Of a DNA stretch of 64,000 bases, positions 25,080 to 38,076 are shown piece after piece (position 1 is the first letter of the stretch; the number at the start of each line of letters is the position of its first letter). This DNA comes from Nemertoderma westbladi. Taxonomy: Eukaryota; Animalia; Xenacoelomorpha. Both the position numbers and the translations under genes were made by a program. Where the stretch lies: assembly GCA_032718475.1 (NCBI GenBank), contig JAUCBJ010004063.1, positions 1-64,000 of the forward strand. Reading direction: 5' to 3'. Below the pieces are notes generated by a model. The model was not told where the DNA came from and made no database searches. It saw only the letters and a list, made by a program, of their open reading frames with translations.

Positions 25080-28000
25080 TGTTTAACCTACATACTTTGA
25101 CCCAAACCTCTAGGTTACTGTTTACCTACATACTTTGACCCAAACCTCTAGGTTACTGTTTAACCCACATACTTTGACCCAAACCACTATGTTACTGTTT
25201 AACCTACATACTTTGGCCCAAACCTCTAGGTTACTGTTTAACCTACATACTTTGACCCAAACCTCTAGGTTACTGTTTAACCTACATACTTTGGTCCAAA
25301 CCTCTAGGTTACCGTTTAACCTACATACTTTGACCCAAACCACTAGGTTACTGTTTAACCTACATACTTTGGTCCAAACCTCTAGGTTACCGTTTAACCT
25401 ACATACTTTGGCCCAAACCTCTAGGTTACTGTTTAACCTACATACTTTGGCCCAAACCACTAGGTTACTGTTTAACCTACATACTTTGGTCCAAACCACT
25501 AGGTTACTGTTTAACCTACATACTTTGACCCAAACCTCTAGGTTACTGTTTAACCTACATACTTTGACCCAAACCTCTAGGTTACTGTTTAACCTACATA
25601 ATTTGGCCCAAACCACTAGGTTACTGTTTAACCTACATAATTTGGCCCAAACCACTAGGTTACTGTTTAACCTACATACTTTGGCCCAAACCACTAGGTT
25701 ACTGTTTAACCTACTACTTTGGCCCAAACCACTAGGTTACTGTTTAACTTACATACATTGACCCAAACCACTATGTTACTGTTTAACCTACTACTTTGGC
25801 CCAAACCACTAGGTTACTGTTTAACCCACGTAGGCCTACTTTGGCCCAAAGCTCTAGGTTACTGTTTAACCTACATACTTTGGCCCAAACCACTAGGTTA
25901 CTGTTTAACCTACATACTTTGGCCCAAACCACTAGGTTACTGTTTAACCTACTACTTTGGCCCAAACCACTAGGTTACTGTTTAACTTACATACATTGAC
26001 CCAAACCACTATGTTACTGTTTAACCTACATAATTTGGCCCAAACCTCTAGGTTACTGTTTAACCTGCATACTTTGGCCCAAACCACTAGGTTACTGTTT
26101 AACTTACATACATTGACCCAAACCACTATGTTACTGTTTAACCTACTACTTTGGCCCAAACCACTAGGTTACTGTTTAACCTACATAATTTGGCCCAAAC
26201 CTCTAGGTTACTGTTTAACCTACATAATTTGGCCCAAACCTCTAGGTTACTGTTTAACCTACATAATTTGGCCCAAACCTCTAGGTTACTGTTTAACCTG
26301 CATACTTTGGCCCAAACCACTAGGTTACTGTTTAACCTACATACTTTGGCCCAAACCACTAGGTTACTGTTTAACCTACTACTTTGGCCCAAACCACTAG
26401 GTTACTGTTTAACTTACATACATTGACCCAAACCACTATGTTACTGTTTAACCTACATACTTTGGCCCAAACCTCTAGGTTATTTAACCTACATACTTTG
26501 GTCCAAACCACTAGGTTACTGTTTAACCTACATACTTTGGTCCAAACCTTTAGGTTACTGTTTAACCTACATACTTTCACCCAAACCACTATGTTACTGT
26601 TTAACCTACATACTTTGGCCCAAACCTCTAGGTTATTTAACCTACATACTTTGGTCCAAACCACTAGGTTACTGTTTAACCTACATGCTTTGGCCCAAAC
26701 CTCTAGGTTACTATTTAACCCACATACTTTGACCCAAACCTCTAGGTTACTATTTAACCCACATACTTTGACCCAAACCTCTAGGTTACTGTTTAACCTA
26801 CATACTTTGGCCCAAAGCACTAGGTTACTGTTTAACCTACATACTTTGGCCCAAAGCACTAGGTTACTGTTTAACCTACATACTTTGGCCCAAACCACTA
26901 GGTTACTGTTTAACTTACATTGACCCAAACCACTATGTTACTGTTTAACCTACATACTTTGGCCCAAACCTCTAGGTTATTTTACCTACATACTTTGGTC
27001 CAAACCACTAGGTTACTGTTTAACCTACATACTTTGGTCCAAACCTCTAGGCTACTGTTTAACCTACATACTTTCAGACAAACCACTATGTTACTGTTTA
27101 ACCTACATACTTTGGCCCAAACCTCTAGGTTATTTAACCTACATACTTTGGTCCAAACCACTAGGTTACTGTTTAACCTACATACTTTGGTCCAAACCTC
27201 TAGGTTACTGTTTAACCTACATACTTTGGTCCAAACCACTAGGTTACTGTTTAACCTACATACTTTGGCCCAAACTACTAGGTTACTGTTTAACCTACAT
27301 ACTTTGGCCCAAACCACTAGGTTACTGTTTAACCTACATACTTTGGCCCAAACCTCTAGGTTATTTAACCTACATACTTTGGTCCAAACCACTAGGTTAC
27401 TGTTTAACCTACATACTTTGGTCCAAACCTCTAGGTTACTGTTTAACCTACATACTTTGGTCCAAACCACTAGGTTACTGTTTAACCTACATACTTTGGC
27501 CCAAACCACTAGGTTACTGTTTAACCCACATACTTTGACCCAAACCTCTAGGTTACTGTTTAACCTACATACTTTGTCCCAAACCACTAGGTTACTGTTT
27601 AACCTACATACTTTGGTCCAAACCTCTAGGTTACTCTTTAACCTACATACTTTGACCCAAACCTCTAGGTTACTGTTTAACTTACATACTTTGACCCAAA
27701 CCTCTAGGTTACTGTTTAACTCACATACTTTGGTCCAAACCTCTAGGTTACTGTTTAACCTACATACTTTGGTCCAAACCTCTAGGTTACTCTTTAACCT
27801 ACATACTTTGACCCAAACCTCTAGGTTACTGTTTAACCTACATACTTTGACCCAAACCTCTAGGTTACTGTTTAACCTACATACTTTGTCCCAAACCACT
27901 AGGTTACTGTTTAACCTACATACTTTGTCCCAAACCACTAGGTTACTGTTTAACCTACATACTTTGACCCAAACCTCTAGGTTACCGTTTAACCTACATA

Positions 28001-31000
28001 CTTTGTCCCAAACCACTAGGTTACTGTTTAACCTACATACTTTGTCCCAAAGCACTAGGTTACTGTTTAACCTACATACTTTGGCCCAAACCACTAGGTT
28101 ACTGTTTAACTTACATTGACCCAAACCACTATGTTACTGTTTAACCTACATACTTTGGCCCAAACCTCTAGGTTATTTTACCTACATACTTTGGTCCAAA
28201 CCACTAGGTTACTGTTTAACCTACATACTTTGGTCCAAACCTCTAGGCTACTGTTTAACCTACATACTTTCAGACAAACCACTATGTTACTGTTTAACCT
28301 GCATACTTTGGCCCAAACCTCTAGGTTATTTAACCTACATACTTTGGTCCAAACCACTAGGTTACTGTTTAACCTACATACTTTGGTCCAAACCACTAGG
28401 TTACTGTTTAACCTACATACTTTGGCCCAAACCTCTAGGTTATTTAACCTACATACTTTGGCCCAAACCTCTAGGTTACTGTTTAACCTACATACTTTGA
28501 CCCAAACCTCTAGGTTACCGTTTAACCTACATACTTTGTCCCAAACCACTAGGTTACTGTTTAACCCACATACTTTGACCCAAACCTCTAGGTTACTGTT
28601 TAACTCACATACTTTGGTCCAAACCACTAGGTTACTGTTTAACCTACATACTTTGGTCCAAACCTCTAGGTTACTCTTTAACCTACATACTTTGACCCAA
28701 ACCTCTAGGTTACTGTTTAACCTACATACTTTGACCCAAACCTCTAGGTTACCGTTTAACCTACATACTTTGTCCCAAACCACTAGGTTACTGTTTAACC
28801 TACATACTTTGTCCCAAACCACTAGGTTACTGTTTAACCCACATACTTTGACCCAAACCTCTAGGTTACTGTTTAACTCACATACTTTGGTCCAAACCTC
28901 TAGGTTACTGTTTAACCTACATACTTTGGTCCAAACCTCTAGGTTACTCTTTAACCTACATACTTTGACCCAAACCTCTAGGTTACCGTTTAACCTACAT
29001 ACTTTGTCCCAAACCACTAGGTTACTGTTTAACCTACATACTTTGTCCCAAACCACTAGGTTACTGTTTAACCCACATACTTTGACCCAAACCTCTAGGT
29101 TACTGTTTAACTCACATACTTTGGTCCAAACCTCTAGGTTACTGTTTAACCTACATACTTTGGTCCAAACCTCTAGGTTACTCTTTAACCTACATACTTT
29201 GGTCCAAACCACTAGGTTACTGTTTAACCTGCATACTTTGGTCCAAACCACTAGGTTACTGTTTAACCTACATACTTTGGTCCAAACCTCTAGGCTACTG
29301 TTTAACCTACATACTTTCAGACAAACCACTATGTTACTGTTTAACCTACATACTTTGGCCCAAACCTCTAGGTTATTTAACCTACATACTTTGGTCCAAA
29401 CCACTAGGTTACTGTTTAACCTACATACTTTGGTCCAAACCTCTAGGTTACTGTTTAACCTACATACTTTGGTCCAAACCACTAGGTTACTGTTTAACCT
29501 ACATACTTTGGCCCAAACCTCTAGGTTATTTAACCTACATACTTTGGCCCAAACCTCTAGGTTACTGTTTAACCTACATACTTTGACCCAAACCTCTAGG
29601 TTACCGTTTAACCTACATACTTTGTCCCAAACCACTAGGTTACTGTTTAACCCACATACTTTGACCCAAACCTCTAGGTTACTGTTTAACTCACATACTT
29701 TGGTCCAAACCTCTAGGTTACTGTTTAACCTACATACTTTGGTCCAAACCTCTAGGTTACTCTTTAACCTACATACTTTGACCCAAACCTCTAGGTTACT
29801 GTTTAACCTACATACTTTGACCCAAACCTCTATGTTACCGTTTAACCTACATACTTTGTCCCAAACCACTAGGTTACTGTTTAACCCACATACTTTGACC
29901 CAAACCTCTAGGTTACTGTTTAACTCACATACTTTGGTCCAAACCACTAGGTTACTGTTTAACCTACATACTTTGGTCCAAACCTCTAGGTTACTCTTTA
30001 ACCTACATACTTTGACCCAAACCTCTAGGTTACTGTTTAACCTACATACTTTGACCCAAACCTCTAGGTTACCGTTTAACCTACATACTTTGTCCCAAAC
30101 CACTAGGTTACTGTTTAACCTACATACTTTGTCCCAAACCACTAGGTTACTGTTTAACCCACATACTTTGACCCAAACCTCTAGGTTACTGTTTAACTCA
30201 CATACTTTGGTCCAAACCTCTAGGTTACTGTTTAACCTACATACTTTGGTCCAAACCTCTAGGTTACTCTTTAACCTACATACTTTGACCCAAACCTCTA
30301 GGTTACTGTTTAACCTACATACTTTGGTCCAAACCACTAGGTTACTGTTTAACCTACATACTTTGGCCCAAACCACTAGGTTACTGTTTAACCCACATAC
30401 TTTGACCCAAACCTCTAGGTTACTGTTTAACTCACATACTTTGGTCCAAACCTCTAGGTTACTGTTTAACCTACATACTTTGGTCCAAACCTCTAGGTTA
30501 CTCTTTAACCTACATACTTTGACCCAAACCTCTAGGTTACTGTTTAACCTACATACTTTGACCCAAACCTCTAGGTTACCGTTTAACCTACATACTTTGT
30601 CCCAAACCACTAGGTTACTGTTTAACCTACATACTTTGGCCCAAACCACTAGGTTACTGTTTAACCTACATACTTTGGCCCAAACCTCTAGGTTATTTAA
30701 CCTACATACTTTGGTCCAAACCACTAGGTTACTGTTTAACCTACATACTTTGGTCCAAACCTCTAGGTTACTGTTTAACCTACATACTTGGGTCCAAACC
30801 TCTAGGTTACTGTTTAACCTACATACTTTGGTCCAAACCACTAGGTTACTGTTTAACCTACATACTTTGGCCCAAACCACTAGGTTACTGTTTAACCCAC
30901 ATACTTTGACCCAAACCTCTAGGTTACTGTTTAACCTACATACTTTGGTCCAAACCACTAGGTTACTGTTTAACCTACATACTTTGGCCCAAACCACTAG

Positions 31001-32112
31001 GTTACTGATTAACCCACATACTTTGACCCAAACCTCTAGGTTACTGTTTAACCTTCATACTTTGACCCAAACCTCTAGGTTACTGTTTAACCTATATACT
31101 TTGACCCAAACCTCTAGGTTACTGTTTAGCCCACATACTTTGACCCAAACCTCTAGGTTACTATTTAACCTACATACATTGACCCAAACCTCTAGGTTAC
31201 TGTTTAACCCACATACTTTGACCCAAACCTCTAGGTTACTGTTTAACCTACATACTTTGACCCAAACCTCTAGGTTACTGTTTGACCCAAACCTCTAGGT
31301 TACTATTTAACCCACATACTTTGACCCAAACCTCTAGGTTACTATTTAACCCACATACTTTGACCCAAACCTCTAGGTTACTATTTAACCCACATGCTTT
31401 GACCCAAACCTCTAGGTTACTGTTTAACCCACATACTTTGACCCAAACCTCTAGGTTACTGTTTAACCTACATACTTTGACCCAAACCTCTAGGTTACTG
31501 TTTAACCTACATACTTTCACCCAAACCACTAGGTTACTGTTTGACCCAAACCTCTAGGTTACTATTTAACCTACATACTTTCACCCAAACCACTAGATTA
31601 CTATTTACCTACATACTTTGACCCAAACCTCTAGGTTACTATTTACCTACATACTTTGACCCAAACCTCTAGGTTACTATTTAACCCACATACTTTGACC
31701 CAAACCACTAGGTTACTATTTAACCCACATACTTTGACCCAACCCTCTAGGTTACTGTTTAACCTACATACTTTGACCCAAACCTCCAGGTTACTATTTA
31801 ACCTACATACATTGACCCAAACCTCTAGGTTACTGTTTAACCCACACACTTTGACCCAAACCTCTAGGTTACTATTTAACCTACATACATTGACCCAAAC
31901 CACTAGGTTACTATTTAACCTACATACTTTGACCCAAACCTCTAGGTTACTATTTAACCTACATACATTGACCCAAACCACTAGGTTACTATTTAACCTA
32001 CATACTTTGACCTAAACCTCTAGGTTACTGTTTAACCCACATACTTTGGCCCAAACCTCTAGGTTACTGTTTAACCCACGTACTTTAGCCCAAACCTGAC
32101 CCAAACCTCTAG
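25080..32112 (+). repeat. 39-bp satellite, about 7 kb (about 180 copies) with higher-order duplications
   Basis: Unit GTTTAACCTACATACTTTGACCCAAACCTCTAGGTTACT. The same rare deletion variant recurs at about 26915 and 28111 (1196 bp apart). Confidence 0.98.
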
Positions 32113-32151
32113 GGCCTAATTTTAGTCGGTCTGGACATACTGACATCAAAT
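32084..32151 (-). other. Candidate minus-strand exon whose 3' end seeds the 39-bp satellite
   Basis: Acceptor ttaattgctcatacAG, donor gctaaa|GTACGT. One open frame, LMSVCPDRLKLGPRGLGQVWAK (phase 1-0). Confidence 0.3.
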
Positions 32152-32771
32152 CTGTATGAGCAATTAACAGTTATGGTTGGAAAGTGCGGTGTGTATTATG
32201 GATGCCGCTCGGCTCGGGCTACAGTGGCACTTAGTTTGACCTTTGACTCGTCAGGGCTCTTCTCCTCTGCAGAACAGATGACACCAGGCAGCCAGGTCCT
32301 TCCACTAACATTTGTACATTTCGCCGCCGGCGATATATCACCTCAAACTCCTAGAAGACGCCAGTAAAAAGAGATAGTCCATCGAAATTCATGAAGGAGA
32401 GTAAATTAGTTCTTTATCTGATGTAGAGATGAAGCTGCTGGACTTGGGGGGCCGGTTATTCTTTAAGAACCATGACGCTAATGTTATTATCCTACCTAAA
32501 CCAGCGGGACTCCTATCTGAATCCCCCAAGGACATATCGGCCCTTTCGGAGGATCTTAAGACAATGCGGGCCCACATTAACAGTGTTCGCTTCGTAGATT
32601 TAATAGACAAAGGTTATTGATACATAATAGATATGCTGAGATAAATTAATATTACGACTTCAATATAATCAAGAACTGATTTATTTAGGGGATTTGTTAT
32701 TAACTGCACTTATTTGTTGATATTTAATGAGGTGTGGTTACTACTTAATTACACCATGTCCTGGAATATAG

Positions 32772-33593
32772 CAAGGGCGTACGCAGGAATTTTTCAAGGG
32801 GGTGGTAACATACAAAAAAAATTAACTAAAAATATTACCGTATATTTCAGACAAATGAACTCATATTATATTAATAATAATGATATAGGGCAAATAAATA
32901 TAATAGAAATATGGAAATTAAGAATATACGTAGGTATATGTTAAGTAAAAGCAAATAAACGTATAGAAATAGGTATTAAAACGAAACTTTCAGGGCATCA
33001 CACAGGCATACTCAAAAATACAAACCTGCGTTTGTTTAATAATTATAATAATATAATATTTTAATAATATTGGATAATATTAATTCCAGTGAAGGATTAA
33101 GTATAACTTCAACAGTTTGTTGAGTTCTCTAAACAAAGTTCAATCGTCGGTTTGTCTTTCCAAATAAGTCTATAGCTTGTTATACATTTACAAGACGTCT
33201 GCGATGTATAATATACATACATCATAGCAATTCCCTATAGCATTCTCTCCTCTCAGACAGTGAGCTACGGAGAAAGTTCTTCAGCAGTATGAGAGCTGAG
33301 AAACTACGTTCAGTTGTAGCTGAGTTTATGACCACCACAGACTGTGAACACAGTGGGTTAATATATTGTACTAATACATAATTAGTAAAAATAAAAACTA
33401 ATAAAACTAATATATTATTGTATATTATATTTAGTTCAGCCAAAAATAAACAGCGGATATGTGAATCAAAATTGTAAAATCATAGATGTCAGGATCTCAA
33501 TGATATATTTGATTGATAAATATATACAGAATATGTTAAATTTTTATAGGGGTGGTAAATACCACCACTACCATCCCCTTCGGTACGCCCTTG
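32772..33593 (-). mobile_element. hAT deletion derivative with transposase C-terminal remnant
   Basis: TIR CAAGGGCGTAC / GTACGCCCTTG. Perfect 8-bp TSD GAATATAG (32764-32771, 33594-33601). Remnant SATTERSFSALILLKNFLRSSLSERR matches the hAT dimerisation domain. Confidence 0.9.
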
Positions 33594-36500
33594 GAATATA
33601 GTGTCGTTTAATGATTTGGGGAACTGATACTTTATATTACTCTAGTTGATGCGGAATTAAGAGGTTCATATTCAGTTACTACCGTAATCCTGAGTTACAG
33701 GTAGGCCTACTTTTAAACATATATGTCCCTAATTTTTTACAGTAAATAATACGTCATCTCATTTTGGACTTTAGCCAAACCCTGACGAATGATTAAGGCA
33801 CCGAAAATACGTAGGCCTACAGTAGAATGATATATATACCTATATATCCATTTATAAAGGCCTGTAGGCTGAAATATTTGGTATAACTTTAATAATTTTG
33901 TGTCACCTGAAAAAGATCAAATTCCCCCACCACATTATTTTAATTTATTTATTTAATCAAATAAAATATTTATGTTAAAATCTTCATATTAAAAACTCAA
34001 TTAATATACAGAGTAACAAGGTTGATTTGGTCATGATTTTTGATTATCAAATTTGTGATACTTGTATTTTTTGTGCCGCACATTGACACGTATCCAAAAA
34101 AGCCGTAATCAACAAGGTAGGATATTTTTCGGTGTAATATTCGTGACCAGCATCCCAAAAACCCCATATGGTAATAAAATCAATTTGATTTTGTTGTGAT
34201 TTTTCATTGTTTTTTTCGTGCTCCGGGGGGCACAAATAACCTAATATAACAACATGCCTATGTTGTTATATTACACAACTCTTCGATATGTTTGATGTAG
34301 AGGAATAAACCTTCCAAATGAAATCAGCACATTATAAGTCAATTTATCGCTTTTGTCTGTTTGAAAATTTCAAGCTACTTGCACTTTTGGTGCTCTTTTA
34401 GTATCTATTAAAAAATATAAATTAAAATTATGCTTCTAATCTCGCTTTCGATTACTAAATAATGAATTCAACAAACCAAAAAACCATAATGTTTATACCA
34501 ATGTCTTTGAAGGGTTATGTATTTTGTGTAATTTTATCAATCCCAATGGGTGATATGGTATGGGTGCCAGTAACTCCTCGTATCTCGAAATCTACTGGAG
34601 CTATTAACTTTTTATTTGTCTCACCTGAAAGAGGACATCATTTTAGGTAGGGACAAGTACTTTCGACGCGCTAGACATATTGTTTCAGGGGTTCTATATA
34701 AGAGAAATAACTGGCCCACTAAATTTAGGGACTTAGCAGCAACTTGGCGGGTCGTACTGTACCCAATCTATAGTACGTCATGCGTCATGGATGGATAATT
34801 GTTTTTTTTTTTGGGGGGGGGGGGGGGGGGTAATTGTTTTTGGGGTATGAATAATTATTTTTTTTTGGGGGGGGGGGGGGTGGGGTGGGTTTGAATATTG
34901 TTCTTGGGGATGAATTATTGTTTTTGGTGAGACTGATCAAAATTGGGGGATCTAAATTGGTGCTCCAAAAAAAAATATTTGGTGCTAAATGATTTTTTTT
35001 TGGTGTGAAATCCACTTTTTGGGGGTTACATTCAATTAGTGGCATGTAATAAATAATATCAATATTAATATAATATTAACATGTAAAGTTGTTTTTCTTT
35101 ATCTTTAAGGGTCTGTAAAGTATCAAAGTAATTTTGAATTTTTGGTACACGCCAGCTGATAGCTCTCACTGAATATCCGATGCACTACATCTTAAATAAG
35201 AGATCGTTCCTTGTCGGGCCGCTAGGCCCGTTAAGTCAATATATTTATTTTTGAAGACATACAGATCCTAATCTGTCAGTTTCCTCGAAGAGTTTCAGAT
35301 AGGCCAGCGACCGGGTAGAATTGGGCGCTGCAAGGGATTATAAGTACTCGTAGGGCAAATTTATTATATCTGAGGTCATTATAATTTCCTGTAAAAATAT
35401 GTTAGTCTGTCAACTGGAATTGGTGACACGGTGTTGTCAATTTGGTATTATGACAGATTGAAATTGGCAGTATATTTTTGTTGATTGTAGTTTACTAAAT
35501 TACCTGCCAGTGAAGCAAGCAGGTACAACAACTACCCATAATATATGAACTATTATTGCGTTAAATCAATAGCAGTGCAGAGTGTTGCATACATTATGTT
35601 TGTATACAGCGTCGCCTTGACGATAAGTAATCATTACTATCGCTATGGGGGAGTAGGCGTTTACAAGTATTTGCAGTACAATCTCTTTCGCTACGATGGC
35701 TGCACTAAATAGAAGCCATGCGAAACGTAAATTTCCGAGTCATTAACAATTATATAATTCTTTGTATGATTGAGTGCCGGCCACTCTAGTAGAAATATAT
35801 TGTGCAATGTCAAAGTGCCGTTTAATTAGCGTATTAATAAAATCACTATAAAAGTTGTAAGTGCGTGTGCGGTTTGCCAAATTATCTGAGTTGTGTCGTG
35901 ATTCATGTTTGAATGCCAGATACATTCCTTGTATCCATGACACTGTTATTTGAACACACCCATAGAAAGTGAATTAATTATCCCCATAATAGTTTATTTA
36001 TTGCAATTATTTAATTCTCATTCGGGTTCTTATTGTTAACAAGAAGTATATTTCGGTAAGTATCTATCTTTTTGACACTGCCTTTTATAGTTTTTTTCGC
36101 CCATGTGAAGAATACCAGGATTTCACTTTTCGGTCGATTTTTTATTTGAATTTTATATATGAAGATTTTGATTTTTTTTTAATTTATCTTTATTAAGTGT
36201 TTTATAGCACTTAGTTCGGTCTTATAACCTGTACATATACTAATTCGTTTATTGTTTTGGTTAGATTCGGCCCTTCTGTAACCTGTGTTTTTGGTGAAAA
36301 CCTGGTATTCTTCACATGGGGGTAACTGCAAAGTGAAATATAACGGCAGAAAGTTTTGTATTCTTCACATGGGCCGTTTTTTTTATACTTTGTTCTTATT
36401 TGTTTACACATTAAAATGTACACACTATACTTCTATCTTCCATCAGTGCGTACAATCAGGTCGCAGCGATAATGTTATTAATCTTAAGAGAGTGAAAGGC

Positions 36501-36653
36501 TACGCCGACAACTGACAGCGACAACGCAAAATATGAAACTTTAACCTGTGCGGTGTGCTCTTTACTCTGGTTTACTGTTTTGGTTAAAATAGCCTCCCAC
36601 TCTTCCTATCATTAATAATAATAAGTGAATTGTTGTGGGGTGAGTGACGCGGT

Positions 36654-37060
36654 GTATTAAATATACAATGTAAATAAGACAATATGATAATGCTCTCCAT
36701 AGCGAAAAATATCAACCGGCCCTATTGGGGCTCGAACCCGGTACCTAGGTTTCAAACTTCTGGTTATCATCAGCCGGGTGAGTGTACTGAGCTACCAGAC
36801 CGGATGAATATTTCGCTATGGAGTGGGAGATCATATTTAGGCCAACTAATCACTCAAAGGAAAGTACAAAGTACTAAATATGATCTCCCACTCCATAGCG
36901 ACATGTTCATCCGGTCTGGTAGCTCAGTACACTCACCCGGCTGATAATAACCAGAAGTTTGAAACCTAGGTACCGGGTTCAAGCCCCAATAGGGCCGGTT
37001 GATATTTTTCGCTACGGAGAGCATTATCATATTGTCTTATTTACATTGTATATTTAATAC
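36654..37060. mobile_element. 407-bp near-perfect palindrome with a tRNA-derived Pol III unit in each arm
   Basis: Arms of about 187 bp and a 33-nt loop. Each arm has an A-box (TGGTAGCTCAGT), a B-box (GGTTC(G/A)AGCCC), a CCGGTCT...AGGGCCGG closing stem and a T5 run. Confidence 0.85.
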
Positions 37061-37539
37061 TTCCTAGCATTAATTACCTTTAATATCGGGTGTCCGCTTT
37101 TGTTGTCGGCGAAGCATTACACCCTTACTGTACTCTTTAAGAGTGATGTAAGTGTTATGGGAAGGGCAGCGAATATCCAACAATGACAGCAAGGATATAA
37201 ATATATATAACCCTACTTACATGTGGACTGTAAAAATATTTTTTAAACCATATGCAGCTGCTCTTCTCAGAACTCATTATTTTGAAGTTACCACGAAATC
37301 CCAAGGCTTTTTAATGTAACGAATCATTATTTTTCTCATTACCATTGTCTCAGCGTAGGAATAGCATTTAGTAATCAAAACTTGAAAGAAAAAACAACAT
37401 CTTTTGCCTTTACCTGTGCAAAATGTAGTACTTTTAATTAATTACAGTAGGTATGCTTACATTGCTGGAAATGATAATATTTATTGTTACTAGTAATTTT
37501 ATTGCATTTAATTGACAATATATAAACTTAACACAAATA

Positions 37540-38076
37540 CACACCTTACACCCACCTCAGACCCACAACACACCCACCCCATCCCACAATCACCCCTCCC
37601 ATTACCCACCCCATACACACCAACCCCACCCCAAACCCACCCCACCCATTACCTACCACACACCCACCCCACCCATTACCTAGCACACACCCACCCCACC
37701 CATTACCTACCACACACCCACCCCACCCATTACCTACCACACACCCACCCCACACCACAGCCGACACACACCCACCTCACAAACCCGACACCCACCCCAC
37801 ACCCACCCCACCCATTACCTACCACACACCCACCCCACCCATTACCTACCACACAACCACCCCACACCACAGCCGACACACACCCACCTCACAAACCCGA
37901 CACCCACCCCACACCCACCCCACCCCCACATCATCCCACACTCACCCCACCCCACCCCACAGCCGACCCACACCCAACCCCCACCCACACCCACCACATC
38001 CCACACCCACCCCATCCCACACCCACACCCACCACATCCCACACCCACACCCAACCCCCACCCACACCCACCCACC
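37540..38076 (+). repeat. C/A-rich low-complexity tract with 27-bp subrepeats
   Basis: CACACACCCACCCCACCCATTACCTAC-type units. The minus strand is G-rich. Confidence 0.9.

Noticed and set aside
25122-32015. Long ORFs on both strands (up to 1060 aa)
   Set aside because: They result from a unit length divisible by 3, are open on both strands and are broken by indels. Not ankyrin, LRR or other protein repeats.
36911-36998. Functional tRNA gene
   Set aside because: The D-arm and anticodon arm are not canonical, and it is embedded in a palindromic repeat. Treated as tRNA-derived.
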